This document shows positions 25,047-39,454 of a DNA stretch of 64,000 nucleotides, one piece after another. The stretch covers positions 1,674,001 through 1,738,000 of the forward strand of contig OX597821.1 of NCBI GenBank assembly GCA_951406725.2. Direction: 5' to 3'. Below the pieces are notes generated by a model. The model was not told where the DNA came from. It saw nothing but the letters and a program-made list of their open reading frames with translations, and did no database searches. How positions within the stretch are numbered: the first letter of the stretch is position 1; every line of letters starts with the position of its first letter. The DNA comes from Octopus vulgaris. Lineage: Eukaryota. The position numbers and the translations under genes are program-made.

Positions 25047-26798
25047 TTAATGCATGACAACAGTTTTCTTGAGATTGACTGTCAATCCTAAGGCAGTGCA
25101 AGCATCAGAGAATGCATTCAAAATGTGTTGCATATCAATCTCTGTGTGTGCTACTAGCTCACAATCATCAGCATACAAAAGGTCTCTTATGATAGAGGTA
25201 AATATCTTTGTTTTTGCAGCAAGGCGCCTGATATCAAATATGCTGCCAGAGGTTTGATAATGGACGTAAACACCGTATCTGCAGTCTCTGAATGCAATAC
25301 AGAACACCATCGCGAAATATATGGAAAATAGGGTCGGTGCCAGAATATCCCTCTGTTTCACTCCATTTTGTATTGAAATGGGCTCCAACATCTTCCCTCT
25401 AACATTCACCCAACCATTCATGTCTTCATGAAAAGACCTAACCAAAGCAAGGAACTTTTCAGGACACCCAAGTTTCTGGAGGACTTTCCACAATGCTTTT
25501 CTATTGACGGTATCAAAGGCTTTTGTCAGATCGACAAACACCTGATACAAATTCAGACCCTGTTCCACACACTTTTCCTGAAGCTGTCTAGCTGAAAATA
25601 TCATATCAGCAGTGCCACGTCCCACACGAAAGCCAGCTTGACTTTCTGGAAGAACACAATCTGCAATGTATTTCAGCAGACGATCCAGGAGTATCCTGCA
25701 TAAAACCTTTCCTACAGCAGACAGCAATGATACTCCCCTATAATTACCACTATTATTCCTGTTGCCCTTTCCCTTATACAGGACCACCATTACTGCATCT
25801 CTCCAGTCCTCAGGTACAGATTCACTAGTCCATACCTTACCAAACAGAGAGTGAAGTTTCTGCAGAATTTTCTCACCACCATGCTGTAACAACTCCGCAT
25901 GTATGCCATCCATACCCGGAGATGTCCCATTATTCAACCTTGAGACAGCCATTGCTACTTCTTCCAACTTTGGTGGTTCTGCGAGTGCTGCCTTCACAGG
26001 TAATCCAGGGATGAGATTAAGAACATCCTCACTAACTACAGACTGCTGATTCAAAAGTTCATCAAAGTGTTCTTGCCACCTTCGCAGAATTCCTTGTGAA
26101 TCACGAAGAAGTTCTTTACCATCCCTGCTTTGAATTGGTGTCATCAGGGAAGACGTCGGTCCATAAACTTCTCGCAAGAGACCATACAACAGCTTTGTGT
26201 TATTGGAATCTGATGCCGCCTGTATCTCGTCAGCCTTCTTACTCCACCATGTATCCCTCATCTGAGAGAGCTTTTGCCTCACACGTGATTTTACGTCCTT
26301 GAGTTCCCTATGCAACACTTCCCTTTCCTGTGACTTTGCTGACAAATAGCGTGACAAAGTACGTCTTTTATCAGCCAATAAATCATCTATATGTTCATCA
26401 TTTTCCTTGAACCAATATTGATGCTTTCTTTGTAGCAATCCCAGAACTTTCTTGCCTATATCATAAACTGACTTTTTAAGGGTCGGCCAATCCTCCCCAA
26501 TATCTGCAGCATTCATTTCCTCTCGTAAAGTTCTCTTCACACTATTATACCTACGACGATCAACATTCAGTCTTTTAGGCAGGGTCATCTCTGCAGCTCG
26601 GATTTTATGTTTTGTGACTAATTTCACATTTGCACGTACTAGGCGGTGGTGAGTCCAACACTCAGCTCCACGAAGGACACGAACACACTGCACATCCTGT
26701 TTGTCACGCACCCTAACTTGGATGTAATCCAGAATATGCAATTCTTTAGATGCAGGGTGCATCCATGTAGTCTTAAGCTTATTCTTTTGTTGAAACAT
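25047..26798 (-). pseudogene. RTE reverse transcriptase domain
   Basis: 583-aa ORF with DLTKAFD and YADD; ends at a premature TAA, and the frame continues PAPSKQY...FVYLGSTI. Confidence 0.92.
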
Positions 26799-26826
26799 GG
26801 TATTGGTAACACACAGACTCAGCTAC

Positions 26827-27513
26827 TCACACATCTGCAGCCATTACTATGCCATTACTATTACACTTCTCCACCCGATGCTTTCCAATTACTGTCCATG
26901 TGTTAAAATCCCTACCCACTCTAGCATTAAAGTCACCCAGTACAATGACTTTGTCTGCCCGAGGGATATTTCTTATAATGCCCTTCAAAGCATGGTAGAA
27001 AGAAAGTTTTTTGTCATCAGTATAGCACATAGTTGGAGCATACACACTCACCAAGGTCATATAATTTCCTTTAGCCAAAGGAATTCTCATGGACATAAGA
27101 CGCTCGTTAATTCCGATTGGGAATTCTTCCAACTTGTCCACAAGAGTAGTCTTAACAGCAAATGCCACTCCAGCTTCTCCTCTAAGCTCTTCATCTCTCC
27201 CTTTCCAAAAGAATGTATATTTTCCACAAGATTCTGTAAGATGACCATCTCCAGGTAATCTCGTCTCAGATAAAGCAACAATGTCAAGATCATAGCGTTG
27301 AAACCCCTTCGCAACAAGCGCAGTCCTTCTTTCAGGACATTCAGAGGACTTGCGGTCAAGCAGTATCCGTACATTCCAACAGCCAATATTCATTACTTTC
27401 TTTGGTTCTGTCACAGTAGAATGATGACGGCCGGATTTATTGGATGGCCGTTGACTCTCAAGTGTTCCTCCGCCCTTTGACGGGTTTTGTTTTTCATCTC
27501 GCAGGGTGTCCAA
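26827..27513 (-). pseudogene. RTE APE-type endonuclease domain
   Basis: ORF 26827..27513 with WNVR, LSETR and GDFNARVG. Confidence 0.9.
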
Positions 27514-27822
27514 TAAACACCCTCCTCACCAAGCAAGCTTGGTGGGGTTACCGGTTTAGTCGCCGACGACCCGACCATGCAACAGGTTGTTCTGGGTTAC
27601 ATGTTACCAGTAGCATTCGAAAGTGACCTGACATACATACATACATACATACATACATGCATACATATATACGTATAAATATATATCTCTGTGTGTGTGT
27701 GTAACGAAATTCTTTAGATGTAGGAAATCCTACATGCATGACGGTAAAATTGGTGTGTGGGAGCCCAGATCTCATTATTGAGTGCTGCATTAGAAATATC
27801 CTATCTTCATATTCTACCAGTA

Positions 27823-27871
<49 letters not shown>

Positions 27872-27973
27872 ACTACACAGCCACAGCAGGAAATGTATCA
27901 GGACATGAAATGTAAAAGCCGGACTAGACTACTTTATGCGCAACTCCATTGTCTCCCGAGACAAAATGGATGC

Positions 27974-28005
<32 letters not shown>

Positions 28006-28410
28006 GGTGTAGGAGTAGTTGTGTGGTAAGTAGCTTGCTTACGAACCAGATGGTTCCGGGTTCAGGCCCACTGCGTGGCAACTCGGGCAATTGTCTTCTG
28101 CTATAACCTCGGGCTGACCAAAGACTTGTGAGTGGATTTGGTAGACGGAAACTGAAAGAAGCTCGTCGTATATATCTATATATATATGTGTGTGTGTGTT
28201 TGTGTGTCTGCGTTTGTCCCCCCAACATTGCTTGACAACCGATGCTGGTGTGTTTACGTCTCCGTAATTTAGCGGTTCGGCAAAATAGTCCGATAGAATA
28301 AGTACTAGGCTTACAAAGAATAAGTCCTGGGGTCGATTTGATTTGACTAAAGGCGGTGCTCTAGCATGGCCACAGTCAAATGACTGAAACAAGTAAAAGA
28401 GTAAAAGAGT
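28006..28410 (+). mobile_element. SINE family A, full-length
   Basis: tRNA-like head (gtgtggtaag...ggttcaggccc), central (TA)/(TG) microsatellite, tail gactgaaacaagtaaaagagtaaaagag. Confidence 0.88.
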
Positions 28411-28422
28411 ATATATATTTAG

Positions 28423-28599
28423 AGGCGCAGGAGTGGCTGTGTGGTAAGTAGCTTGCTTACCAACCACATGGTTTCGGGTTCAGTCCCACTGCGTGGCACC
28501 TTGGGCAAGTGTCTACTACAATAGCCTCGGGCCGACCAAAACCTTGTGAGTGGATTTGGTAGACGGAAACTGAAAGAGTAAAAGAGAAAATACACACAC

Positions 28600-28642
<43 letters not shown>

Positions 28643-28866
28643 TACAAACATGTAATTGTTTGTGTGTGTGTGTCTTTGCTCTTTGTTTGTCGCACCTCCA
28701 GCGCTTGACAACCGGTGCTTTTATGTTTACGTCATCAAGCGCTTCAGTAAAAGAGGGTGTTAGGCTTGAAAATGTATTGAGATCGATTCATCCGAGCAAA
28801 TTTCCTCAAGGCGGTACCCCTGCATGGGCCTCAGTCTAATGACTGACACAAGTAAAAGATAAAAGA
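28423..28866 (+). mobile_element. SINE family A tandem copy (diverged 3' half)
   Basis: Near-consensus head immediately downstream of the previous copy. Confidence 0.8.
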
Positions 28867-28926
28867 TCCTGAACAGATGTCACTGTGAACATTTCCTTCG
28901 CGTCAAAGATTTTGCCATCTAATCAA

Positions 28927-28952
28927 AATAATAATAATAATAATGATAATGA

Positions 28953-29011
<59 letters not shown>

Positions 29012-29028
29012 TAATAATGATGATGATG

Positions 29029-29059
<31 letters not shown>

Positions 29060-29074
29060 ATGATGATGATGATG

Positions 29075-29135
<61 letters not shown>

Positions 29136-29149
29136 TGATGATGATGATG

Positions 29150-29219
<70 letters not shown>

Positions 29220-29232
29220 TGATAATAATAAT
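28927..29232. repeat. (AAT)n/(GAT)n microsatellite
   Basis: Direct reading. Confidence 0.95.
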
Positions 29233-30214
29233 TCTTTCTATGATAAACACATGGCCTGAATAAATTTGAGGGAGGGCAAAAGTCAATATAATCGATTTGA
29301 GCACTTGCCTGGTTATTATTACATCGATCCAAGGTGGTTGAAAGGCAATGATGACCGCGACGGTATTTGAACTGGGAACAAAGGGCCGTGACAAATACCG
29401 CAAAGTATTTTGTCTGAAACTCTATGATTCTACCGGCTCTAATAATAATGATCCAAGCAGGATTCGTAGTACTGATATGCATGCTATTACCATCTTCATC
29501 ATCACAGCCATCTTGAAAAGTAAAGGAGTTTCTACCCGGGCGATCGTAACAGAAAAATTACAAGCAAATCATATTCTATCATCTTAGAAAGGGAGAATAA
29601 AATGTCAGATAATGCAATTCGTGATGTTCCCCACACGCATGCATCAAATAATGTTTGAATATTTCTTGATTCGTGCACATTTTCATAATAGTCTGCTCGT
29701 TCAGAAATAGTACAGTGTTAAACAACAAGAATGACTATAGCACCATCACCACCACCACCACCACCACCACCACCACCACCACCACCACCACCACCACCAC
29801 CACCAAAAAACGACAGCAGAAGCAACAACAGCAACGTCGTAATGAACATCTAGGGTATGGAATTTGCAAGCACTTTCACATTCTTACTATCATCAATCCA
29901 AAGAAGTACCACATGGTCATATAAGTTGCAAAATAAAGCAGCTAAATCACCCTCGAATCACACATAGCCATCTTCAAAATGAAGAATATATTCGATAATG
30001 AATAAGGTGTGATTTATAAATTATAAATTGGAACCTCGCATCAAAGGAACTTTTTAATACAAGATCAGTGCTCTTTAGCAGAAGCCATAATTTCAATAAG
30101 TACCTTGCAAAATTTTGGAAGATCGCGCTGGAAGAACGATAAACTAAGACATATATTCTTAATTTCTATTGGGTTCGTTCCGAAATTTAAAGGAAAGAAA
30201 AAGGTCAATAAATA

Positions 30215-30640
30215 CTTGCCATTACATTTTTAATCCACCAAATATGAACCATTTTGTTGCACAATGCGTCTCCATCTTTCCTTTAACTTGAAAATACCTT
30301 CTCAGAATTGAGGTGGTTTCATGGCAAAGAATTCATCAAGATACCTTTTTACGTCATCCAAGGAATTGAAATTTTTACCATTAAGACTATCCTGCAGAGA
30401 CCTGAATAAGTGAAAATCCGAAGGAGCAATATCTGGTGAAAATGGAGGATAGGATAACATATCCCAGCCGAGCTGCAGCAATGTTTGGCTGGTTCCCAAA
30501 GCATCAAATGCCGAAAATGAATTTTCTACAGAATTAACATTCTTCCAGGAAAAGATAGCTTAAACTGTGCTCTAAATGGGAGTGTAGTCAAATCCTATTT
30601 TATGGACTCAACCATGTTCTAAAATAAGTCGGAATGTAGG
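30215..30640 (-). mobile_element. Mariner transposase remnant (internally deleted)
   Basis: LGWDMLSYPPFSPDIAPSDFHLFRSLQDSL...GIFKLKERWRRIVQQNGSYL (YSPDLAPSD-type motif). Confidence 0.85.
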
Positions 30641-30649
30641 CTACTATAA

Positions 30650-32236
30650 ATTTTGTTTGCGGTCTGGTGAACTTGATTGGTTAGCATCTTGTATTTTTCT
30701 GGGCTAAATTTTTTGTTGCCATGTTTAGCTGTTTTGTGTCTCGTGACACCTTGTTTTGTTGCCTAGGGCGGCTTTGTTGAAGCTTTCTCCTTTGTGTGAA
30801 GGGGGAGGAGTGTTAGTGGAGACGAGAACTGAAAGAGTTGGCTACTCAGACTTGTCGTCGTCTGAGGAGGAGCTTGTTGAAGGTCTCAAAGAGGATGGAC
30901 GAGGCGGTGGAGGTCAAGAACTTTGCAGAGGCGATGAGGGATGGTAGTGAGGTCTTGTGTTTGTAGGAGCTGAATAGATTCAGAAAAGTGCTTAAAGAGA
31001 GGGCAACGATGTAAAGGTGTCCCATCTCAGTTAGACAGCCGAAGGAGTTGAAGGAAGAACCGTACTGCGCAGAACTTGCAGTTTCAAGTTGCAGCGAGTA
31101 AAGGTCGCTACCAAAACACAGGTTGAAAAGGCATTGAGGCTAATATGCAAAGAAGTGAATTACTTTGCCAGAGGCAGAAAATATACAACGGTGGAGGTGC
31201 GCTTTACCTCGGTGGCTTTGGCCAGCAGCATGTCGTGACTCCTCTCAAAGCAGAAGCGGTGTCCTTCTCCATTTACCTCGGAATGCATGCTTCTAGGGTA
31301 AAGGTAGAATAGATCTCCCTGAGGGGGATGTTGCCTAGCTGGTAGCCGCCATCTCGTTGGAGATGGAGGACAAGGTTGTGGTCCCCCAGGATAAAAGAGT
31401 GCTACAAAGAAATTGGCAAGGGCAGGGCCTGGAAATGATAATCAAGCGCAGAGTGCGAAGTGGCGGCCCCAGTAAATGAGAAATGCTTGGAGGAAGCATT
31501 TGCGGTAGCAACTAGGAAAAAAAAAGAAAGGAATGTGTGAGCTCAACACCGAAGAGTCCTTTAAAGAAAAGGAAGGAGAGTGGAACGGAAGGTTCAGATT
31601 TCACACTGCATGAGATTCCAACAGCACCAACAAGGAAGGAAAACGTCACAGAAGATCAAGTTCCATCGCAAGAACAAGCAACCCAAAGGCATCCAAAAAA
31701 CAAGTGGCATATAGTGACATGTAAAAAGTACGGAAATTGGAAGAAAAATCCCCAAATTCAAATCGGTGATCAGAGTGAAACTACCAGTGGAGCATTACCC
31801 GGTGAGCACGAAGGCAGTAGTGATAGACAAGGAGATATATAACAAGTTGAAGGAATGGTTCGGAAACAGGACGGACCCAAAGGGTGAAAGAGTAGAATTC
31901 GACGACTTACCACCAGTCATAGACTATCAAGACTTATTGCCATATATAAAATGGTGAACTATAAGTGTTTAAAATTTAAAGACTGTACACAAGATGCTAA
32001 AAGGAAAAAAAGGAAAAAAAGGAAAAAAAGAGGTAGAAAAAGTGATATAAAATCTTTACATTAAAACATTTAAATGGTACTGCTTGAGAGTGGGGCTCAA
32101 TGCAGCCATTTCATTCTCATTAATTATTATTCATCGTTCTTTCATTCGTTTTATGCTTTTTGTCCCCACTATGGTGTTCTGTTTGTCGTCCTGCTTTCTC
32201 CTCTGTATCATGGCCTGTGTGCCAAATAAAAGAAAT
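30650..32236 (+). mobile_element. Degenerate ORF1/gag-like retroelement remnant with its own 3' tail, no RT seen
   Basis: Purine-rich frameshifted coding-like sequence (RTVLRRTCSFKL...VEKAL...YFARGRKYTTVEVRF); ends tggcctgtgtgccaaataaaagaaatt, similar to the tail near 63580. Confidence 0.4.
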
Positions 32237-32240
32237 TAGA

Positions 32241-32470
32241 AGGTGGCGAGATGGCAGAATCGTTAACACGCCGGGCGAAATGCTTAGCTGTATTTCGCCA
32301 GCCGCTACGTTCTGAGTTCAACTTCCGCCGAGGTTGACTTTGTCTTTCATCCTTTTCGGGGTCGATTAAATAAGTACCAGTTACGCACTGGGGTTGATGT
32401 AATCGACTTAATCCGTTTGTCTGTCCTTGTTTATCTCTTCTATGTGTAGTCCCCTGTGGAGAGTGAAGAA
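32241..32470 (+). mobile_element. SINE family B (MetaSINE-like), full-length
   Basis: Head ggtggcgagatggcagaatcgttaacacgccggg; B-box-like gagttcaacttcc; core tttcatccttttcggggtcgattaaataagtacc. Confidence 0.85.
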
Positions 32471-32689
32471 ATAAATAAAAGAAATTAGTAGTGGTAGAGT
32501 CATTGTAAGAGTTCTCAGTTGCAGTCAGTGTCAGTTAAATGTTATATACGAGTTCGAGTTACTGTCAAGATAGACGTTTCACAGACGTTGTCTTGCGGAG
32601 ATATCAGCGATAGCACGAAAGCCGAATCAAAGTTAATAAGACGCCTAATACCGCCACAGTATAATAGTGGCAACAAGAATATTCTTATC

Positions 32690-32895
32690 TATTCTAATCT
32701 CAAGGTTCGAAATTTTGGGGGAGGAGACCAGACGATTAGATCGACCTCAGTACGCAACTGGTACTTAATTTATCGACCGCGAAGGATGAAAAGCAAAGTC
32801 GACCTCGGCGGTATTTGAACTCAGGACGTAAAGACAGACGAAATACTTCTAAGCATCTTGCCCGGCGAGCTAACGATTCTACCAACTCGCCGCCT
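32690..32895 (-). mobile_element. SINE family B
   Basis: Reverse complement of the family B head and core. Confidence 0.8.
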
Positions 32896-32984
32896 CGTGG
32901 CTACAAGAATATTACAGTGTTGAAAAGTGGCCGAGGTACCACGTTATAACTAAATATATATATATTTTTTATTATTATTATTTA

Positions 32985-33250
32985 TGCGCCCTTTTCAAGC
33001 CTAGCCAGGCTCTTGGGCCCGGTTTCCCGGTTTCTATGGCATATGTGTTCCCGCCAGCTGGAATTCAAGAAACAGGAAGAAAGTGTGAGAGAAAGTTGGG
33101 GTGAAAGAGTATAACAGGGGTTACTCCTCCCCCCTCCCCTGCGGAGCCTCGTGCATCTTTTGGTGCTTTCGCTCAATAAACACACACAACACCCGGTCTG
33201 GAAATCGAAACCTCGATCCTCCAACCGCGAGTCCACTGCCCTAACCACCT
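32985..33250 (-). mobile_element. SINE family C variant
   Basis: Reverse complement of ggttagggcagtggactcgcggttggaggatcgaggtttcgatttccagaccggg. Confidence 0.75.
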
Positions 33251-33251
33251 C

Positions 33252-33285
<34 letters not shown>

Positions 33286-34124
33286 CACACATATATGTCT
33301 GATCTAGGAGACGGACTAAATGCCGCTAAACGTTTTGTCCGGCGTGGTAACGATTATACCAGTTTACTGTCTTAATAATAATTAAAAAAATGGACTCTCG
33401 CGTCGGGGACGTAAGAGCGTTCAGATTTTGCCGAATGTCCTGCACAAATGGTTTGCTTAGTGTTCAAATGTATGTAGCGTTCATTAGCTTACTTCCTCTC
33501 CATCAAATCGCCTTTGCACAACAGGGGCACAGCGTGCCTCACGTCAGGTGTCGAAGTGACTTTAGAGAAACGTGCGATGAAGTGTTTTGGTCAAGAACAC
33601 AGCCTACCACCCCGGTGTAAGAATTGAAACCACTATCTTGCGATCGTGCGTGGAACGCCTTAACCATCAAGACATGCGCCCTCATAACAACAACGCAATC
33701 AACAACAGCAACAACAACAACAACAACAATTAGAAGAAGAAGAAGAAGAAGAAGAAGAAGAGAAGAATAGCAATAACAATAACAATAATAATAATAACAA
33801 TAATGATAACAACAACAACAACAACAATAATAATAATAATAACACTAATAATAATAAAAATAATATTAATACGCTTACCTCTGCCAAAGATTACCGAGAC
33901 TCTCTCATGTGTGACTGGCGGCATACATTTAAGCTACGTTTGCATCATTTAGGCCAAGTGTTATATGAACCTGAACTGCCACCTCTCCAACCACGACCGC
34001 TTTCATGAGCATAACTGCGGTGACCTTAACATAAACAATACCGTCAACATAATGACCGGCAATATCAACGCAGTTATTTATGCTTCTGATCATCCTCGTG
34101 GTAGGTGTCGGGCTTATAGACATC

Positions 34125-34166
34125 GTCAACATCATCATCATCGTCATCATCATCGACATCACCTTC

Positions 34167-34221
<55 letters not shown>

Positions 34222-34264
34222 CCATTGCCTTTATCGTCATCATCGTCATCATTGACATCATCGA

Positions 34265-34324
<60 letters not shown>

Positions 34325-35014
34325 TAACGTCATTATTTTCATCGTTGTCATCATCATCAATGCTATCAAATTCGTCCTCCTCCTCTCCTCCGCCATCTGT
34401 CGTCATTTGTAATCATCATTATCATAATCAACATTGTCAACAACAGTTTGATTACTTCTATCGTCATCGTCGTTGTCAGCTACGCTCCAAAACGCCACAA
34501 CCCCCACTGCAGTCGGCATCACTCCTGCCCTGCATCCTCACCAACACTAGCTGCATCATCAGCACCAGCAGCAACAGCAGCACCACAAAAACCACCACCA
34601 CCACCACTTTCACCATTGTCATCATCATCGCCACAATTATCATCCCCAAAATTGTCATCGTCGTTATCTATTTCTTTATTATCCACAAGGGGCTAAACAC
34701 AGAGGGGACAAACAAGGACAGACATAGATATTAAGTCGATTACATCGACACCAGTGCGTAACTGGTACTTAATTTATCGACCCCGAAAGGATGAAAGGCA
34801 AAGTCGACCTCGGCGGAATTTGAACTCACAACGTAAGGCAGACGAAATACCACTAAGCATTTCGCCCGACGTGCTAACGTTACTGCCAGCTCGCCGCCTC
34901 GTCGTTATCGTTGTTGTTCTCATCCTCCTCGTCGTCATCATCATCATCGTCATTGTCATAATCTTCATCATCATCATCATCATCATCAAAATCACCATCA
35001 TCATCATTATCATC

Positions 35015-35101
<87 letters not shown>

Positions 35102-35304
35102 GTCATCGTCATCATCATCATCGTCATCATCATCATCGTCATCATCATCGTCATCATCCGTATCATGATCATGATCATGATCATCATCATCATGGTCATC
35201 ATCATCATCATCATCATCCGTATCATCATCATCATCGTCATCGTCATCCTCATCAATATCATCATCATCGTCATCGTCATCATCATCATCATCATCATCA
35301 TCAA

Positions 35305-35372
<68 letters not shown>

Positions 35373-35542
35373 TCGTCGTCGTCGTCGTCATCATCATCAT
35401 CGACGCCATCATCTTAAGTAAAATTCGGTCAACATCAACAGCAACAGTTCTATGTAATTTTTCTTTAATTTTATTTTTTTCTCCTGCGTTGATGGATTTT
35501 AGATTGGGCATTTCGTAATGAGAGAACAATAAAACAGGAAAA

Positions 35543-35597
<55 letters not shown>

Positions 35598-35613
35598 TTA
35601 ATGATAATGATAA

Positions 35614-35644
<31 letters not shown>

Positions 35645-35651
35645 AATGATA

Positions 35652-35697
<46 letters not shown>

Positions 35698-35893
35698 TAT
35701 AAATAAACAATAATAAGAATAACCACTCCGGCAACAGCAACGACAACGACGACGGTAATGATGATAACTCTTCTTCTTATCATTATTATTATCATTATTA
35801 TCATTATTATTATTATCATTATTATTATTATCATTGTTCTTATCATTATTATCATTATTATCATTATTATCATTATTATCATTATCATTATTA

Positions 35894-35970
<77 letters not shown>

Positions 35971-35979
35971 ATATTATTA

Positions 35980-36032
<53 letters not shown>

Positions 36033-36139
36033 GTTATTATTATTATTATTATTTTAGGATCAACAATGACACCAACAGCAGCAGCAGTAGCAACAATAAC
36101 AAAGAGAAAATCAACAACAATGACAATAAAAAGAAGAAC

Positions 36140-36196
<57 letters not shown>
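34125..36196. repeat. Cluster of (CAT)n, (AAT)n and (ATT)n microsatellites containing a SINE-B copy at 34672-34898(-)
   Basis: Direct reading; source of the poly-I/poly-M ORFs. Confidence 0.9.
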
Positions 36197-36707
36197 TGCA
36201 ACGTTGGTGGAGTTGTGATATAATAATGATCCCTAGATTATTGAATCTGTTTTCTTGACAGTATTTTAGGGTTTTGCCTATAAACCCCTTTATTTCATAT
36301 ATTTCATATCTAATATTTTTGTCGTTGTTTCATTTTGTTCTTTTTTCCGCTCTCTTTTTTGACTTTTGTTTGGTTTTGCTGCTGTTAATATCGTTGCGTG
36401 ATTTGATTTTCTCCTCTCTTATTTCGAAAATGGCCATTTACAGAATTGCATACATCAAACAGAGATAGATAGAAATAGAAATAGAGAGGGTGAGAGAGAA
36501 AGAGAGAGAGAGAGAATGGAAATGAGAGAGAGAGAAATTTAGAAGGAGTGAAGAAAGAAATAAAGAATAGGGAGAGGGCTAGGGAAATATGTATATATAT
36601 ATATACACATGTACCGCATAGGTATATATTTATATAGATCTATATATGTGTGTGTGTGTGTGTGTGTATAACAATATATATATATAGTATATATGCATAT
36701 ATATATG

Positions 36708-36740
<33 letters not shown>

Positions 36741-36885
36741 GCGTGCCCACACACATATATATATTATATATATACACATATAGAAAATGGGAGAGAGGGA
36801 ACGTGTGTGAGTGAGTGAGTGGAAGTGAGAGATAGAAGGTAAAGTGATGATACAGGATTGAGTGAAAACTATCTGTGATAATATG

Positions 36886-36918
<33 letters not shown>

Positions 36919-36997
36919 ATGTATGTATATATATATCTGTAATATGTGCTTATTTATGTAGTTATACATACATATTTATATCTCTCTATCTCTTTCT

Positions 36998-37057
<60 letters not shown>

Positions 37058-37239
37058 ATGTATATATATTATGTCAAGGAAGAGCGTAAGAGAGGCAGGG
37101 GCAAGAAAAGATAAGGGGATAAATAGTAATGGTACGAGAAATAGAGCGAGTGACAAAGAATATAGAAAACGAAGACGAAAAAAGAATGAAAGAAGAAGGA
37201 ACCGAGAGAAAACAAAGAGAAAAACACTCTCGCTTCAGA

Positions 37240-37560
37240 TTAAAGCTATACCGATATCCGCGTTTATCTAAGGGCCAAGCGACATCATTTGTGTTGGAAC
37301 TCCAAAGCGCTAACCCTGAACGCAAACGGGAAAATCAAGTCCCTAACCCACTCACCCACCCATCCTTGTACATAATCACCACCGAAAACTCGATAGTACC
37401 TATTCCATACCCGGAATTGCCATAACTCGAAAATTCCCCTATCTGCACATCGAATATGAGGACAATGAAAAAAAAAAGCTTTAAAGATGGCGGCTGTGAA
37501 TGAGGTTTTTCTAGCTGGATTATATGGTATTCTTTTCACTGATGTTAACATCATTACGCC
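37240..37560 (+). promoter_or_regulatory. Possible promoter-like unique island with a YY1 motif
   Basis: AAGATGGCGGC at 37484-37494 and CCGGAA at 37411-37416 in CpG-containing non-repetitive DNA. Motif evidence only. Confidence 0.25.
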
Positions 37561-38087
37561 ATCTGTTGGAACGATGTTTGCCATGCATTTATGAAAGTAA
37601 CTGCAAATATTCAGTATACAGGCCGACGTATACGGAGACCCTTTTTGCGGGGTTAGTGGCTGCTGGTGTTCTTTTCTATGTTTTGTCTTTTCCGTTTGCA
37701 CTTTATGAAAATTTCTATAATTTTTGGTTCTTTACCAGGGTGGAATTCGGATCAATTGTTATAAGTATACAGGAATCCTTTTTATGCAATCTCTCGCTCA
37801 CCATACACGCATTTTCATTTTCCCCTGTTTCCATCTCTCTCTGTCTTACTTATACTTTCTCTCCCTGTCTCTCACATTCTCTCTATGTCTGACTTCATTT
37901 GTTTTTTCGGTCTCTCTTTCTCCATATGTCAAACCTGATTGCTCTGTTTCCGATGTTCGTATAGATGTTTTCCCCTGAAACACACACAAGTTCACAGAGA
38001 AGCACACAGACACATAGACGCACACACACGCATAATATTGCGCACAAATGGAAGGAACTTCAGATATAAATATGTTTATGATGGTGG

Positions 38088-38151
<64 letters not shown>

Positions 38152-38781
38152 CATGTTTATGTGTATACATATATACATCGACATATAATTTTGCGTGTAT
38201 ATAATTATATATATGTGTGTATATATATATATATATGAATGCCATGTACGCTATCATATGCTCATATGTTTTAAAGTGCCTTCATGTGTTTATTTTCAGT
38301 TTGTTTTTGTATGTCAATTTACAATGCCTTGCATTAATCCACGAATGCCCTCCAACAACTGTATTATGAAGATATTTGCATATCTCGGATCCAAAATTAT
38401 TCTAGATATAAAGCATACGCCATTTTAATGCATATCAACCTCTCAGCACATCAGCCTCTCAGTCTCTTTGCATCTACTCATCTAGTGGTGTCGCTAGCTT
38501 CCAATTCATTCGAACGCAGATACAGTAACTCACGAACAAAAAAGAAAAAAAATATTTATATATATATGAGCACATATAAATACGTGTATTGAAAACATAT
38601 TTGCATACACATACGGGCATGCATACATATATACATAGTAATGCATGTACATGAATACGCACACACTAACAAACATATAAATATACATATATATACATAC
38701 ATACATATATATCTGTATATATATATATATATATATATATAAACACATATATGTGTGTGCACGTCAACGTCTTATATATAT

Positions 38782-38836
<55 letters not shown>

Positions 38837-39382
38837 CTAAATATATATCATATATGTATATATTTATATACATACATATATGTCTATATATATATACACA
38901 CATGGATGTATATAATGCGTGTGTATGTGTGCGTAAGACAGAGAGAATGAATGTTCCTGCAGGTGCTTGTGTACGTTTGTATGAGTTTGTGTGCCGGTGT
39001 GTGTGTGCGTTTGTTTGCGCGTGTGCGTGCGTGTGTGTGTGCGTGTGTGTCAAAGAGTGACGGAATATATGCAGTGGGGCACGCAATTGTGGCTGCCCAT
39101 CGAATGTTCAGGTATATCTCTTCTTTTCCGTTTGAGTTTCAGTACACAGACGAACACACACACGCGCCAGCAGACACGCACAAACACATACACATAGGCA
39201 TAAACACATACATACATGCACACATACACACACATATACATATATATAGGTGCATTTTCCTTTCATTCAAGCATTAAAATACCTTATTCATAGTGCGGCA
39301 TTCGTTTTTGTACTATTTGAGTGACTCCTATTTCGATTTTGCATACAAACACACACACACACGTGTTTATCATTTAGACACA

Positions 39383-39454
<72 letters not shown>

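Larger units (their letters stand above)
23931..27631 (-). mobile_element. Near full-length RTE-clade LINE (APE endonuclease, RT, three C2H2 fingers), disrupted
   Basis: EN motifs IGCWNVR, DIVALSETR, VYAPT, LGDFNARVG, LDYI; RT motifs PGMDGI, YRGVSLL, FVDLTKAFDTV, GVKQ, LLYADD; C-terminal LRWSGHLVRM..RMPKQLFYGEL. Split by frameshifts (~26830, ~24850) and stops (~26824, 25047). Confidence 0.95.

Noticed and set aside
27490-27631. HDV-like ribozyme at the RTE 5' end
   Set aside because: Hairpins (caccaagc/gcttggtg, agggtgt/acaccct, gtcg/cgac followed by taa) are present, but I could not assign consistent P1/P2/P3 by eye; an RNArobo HDV search is needed.
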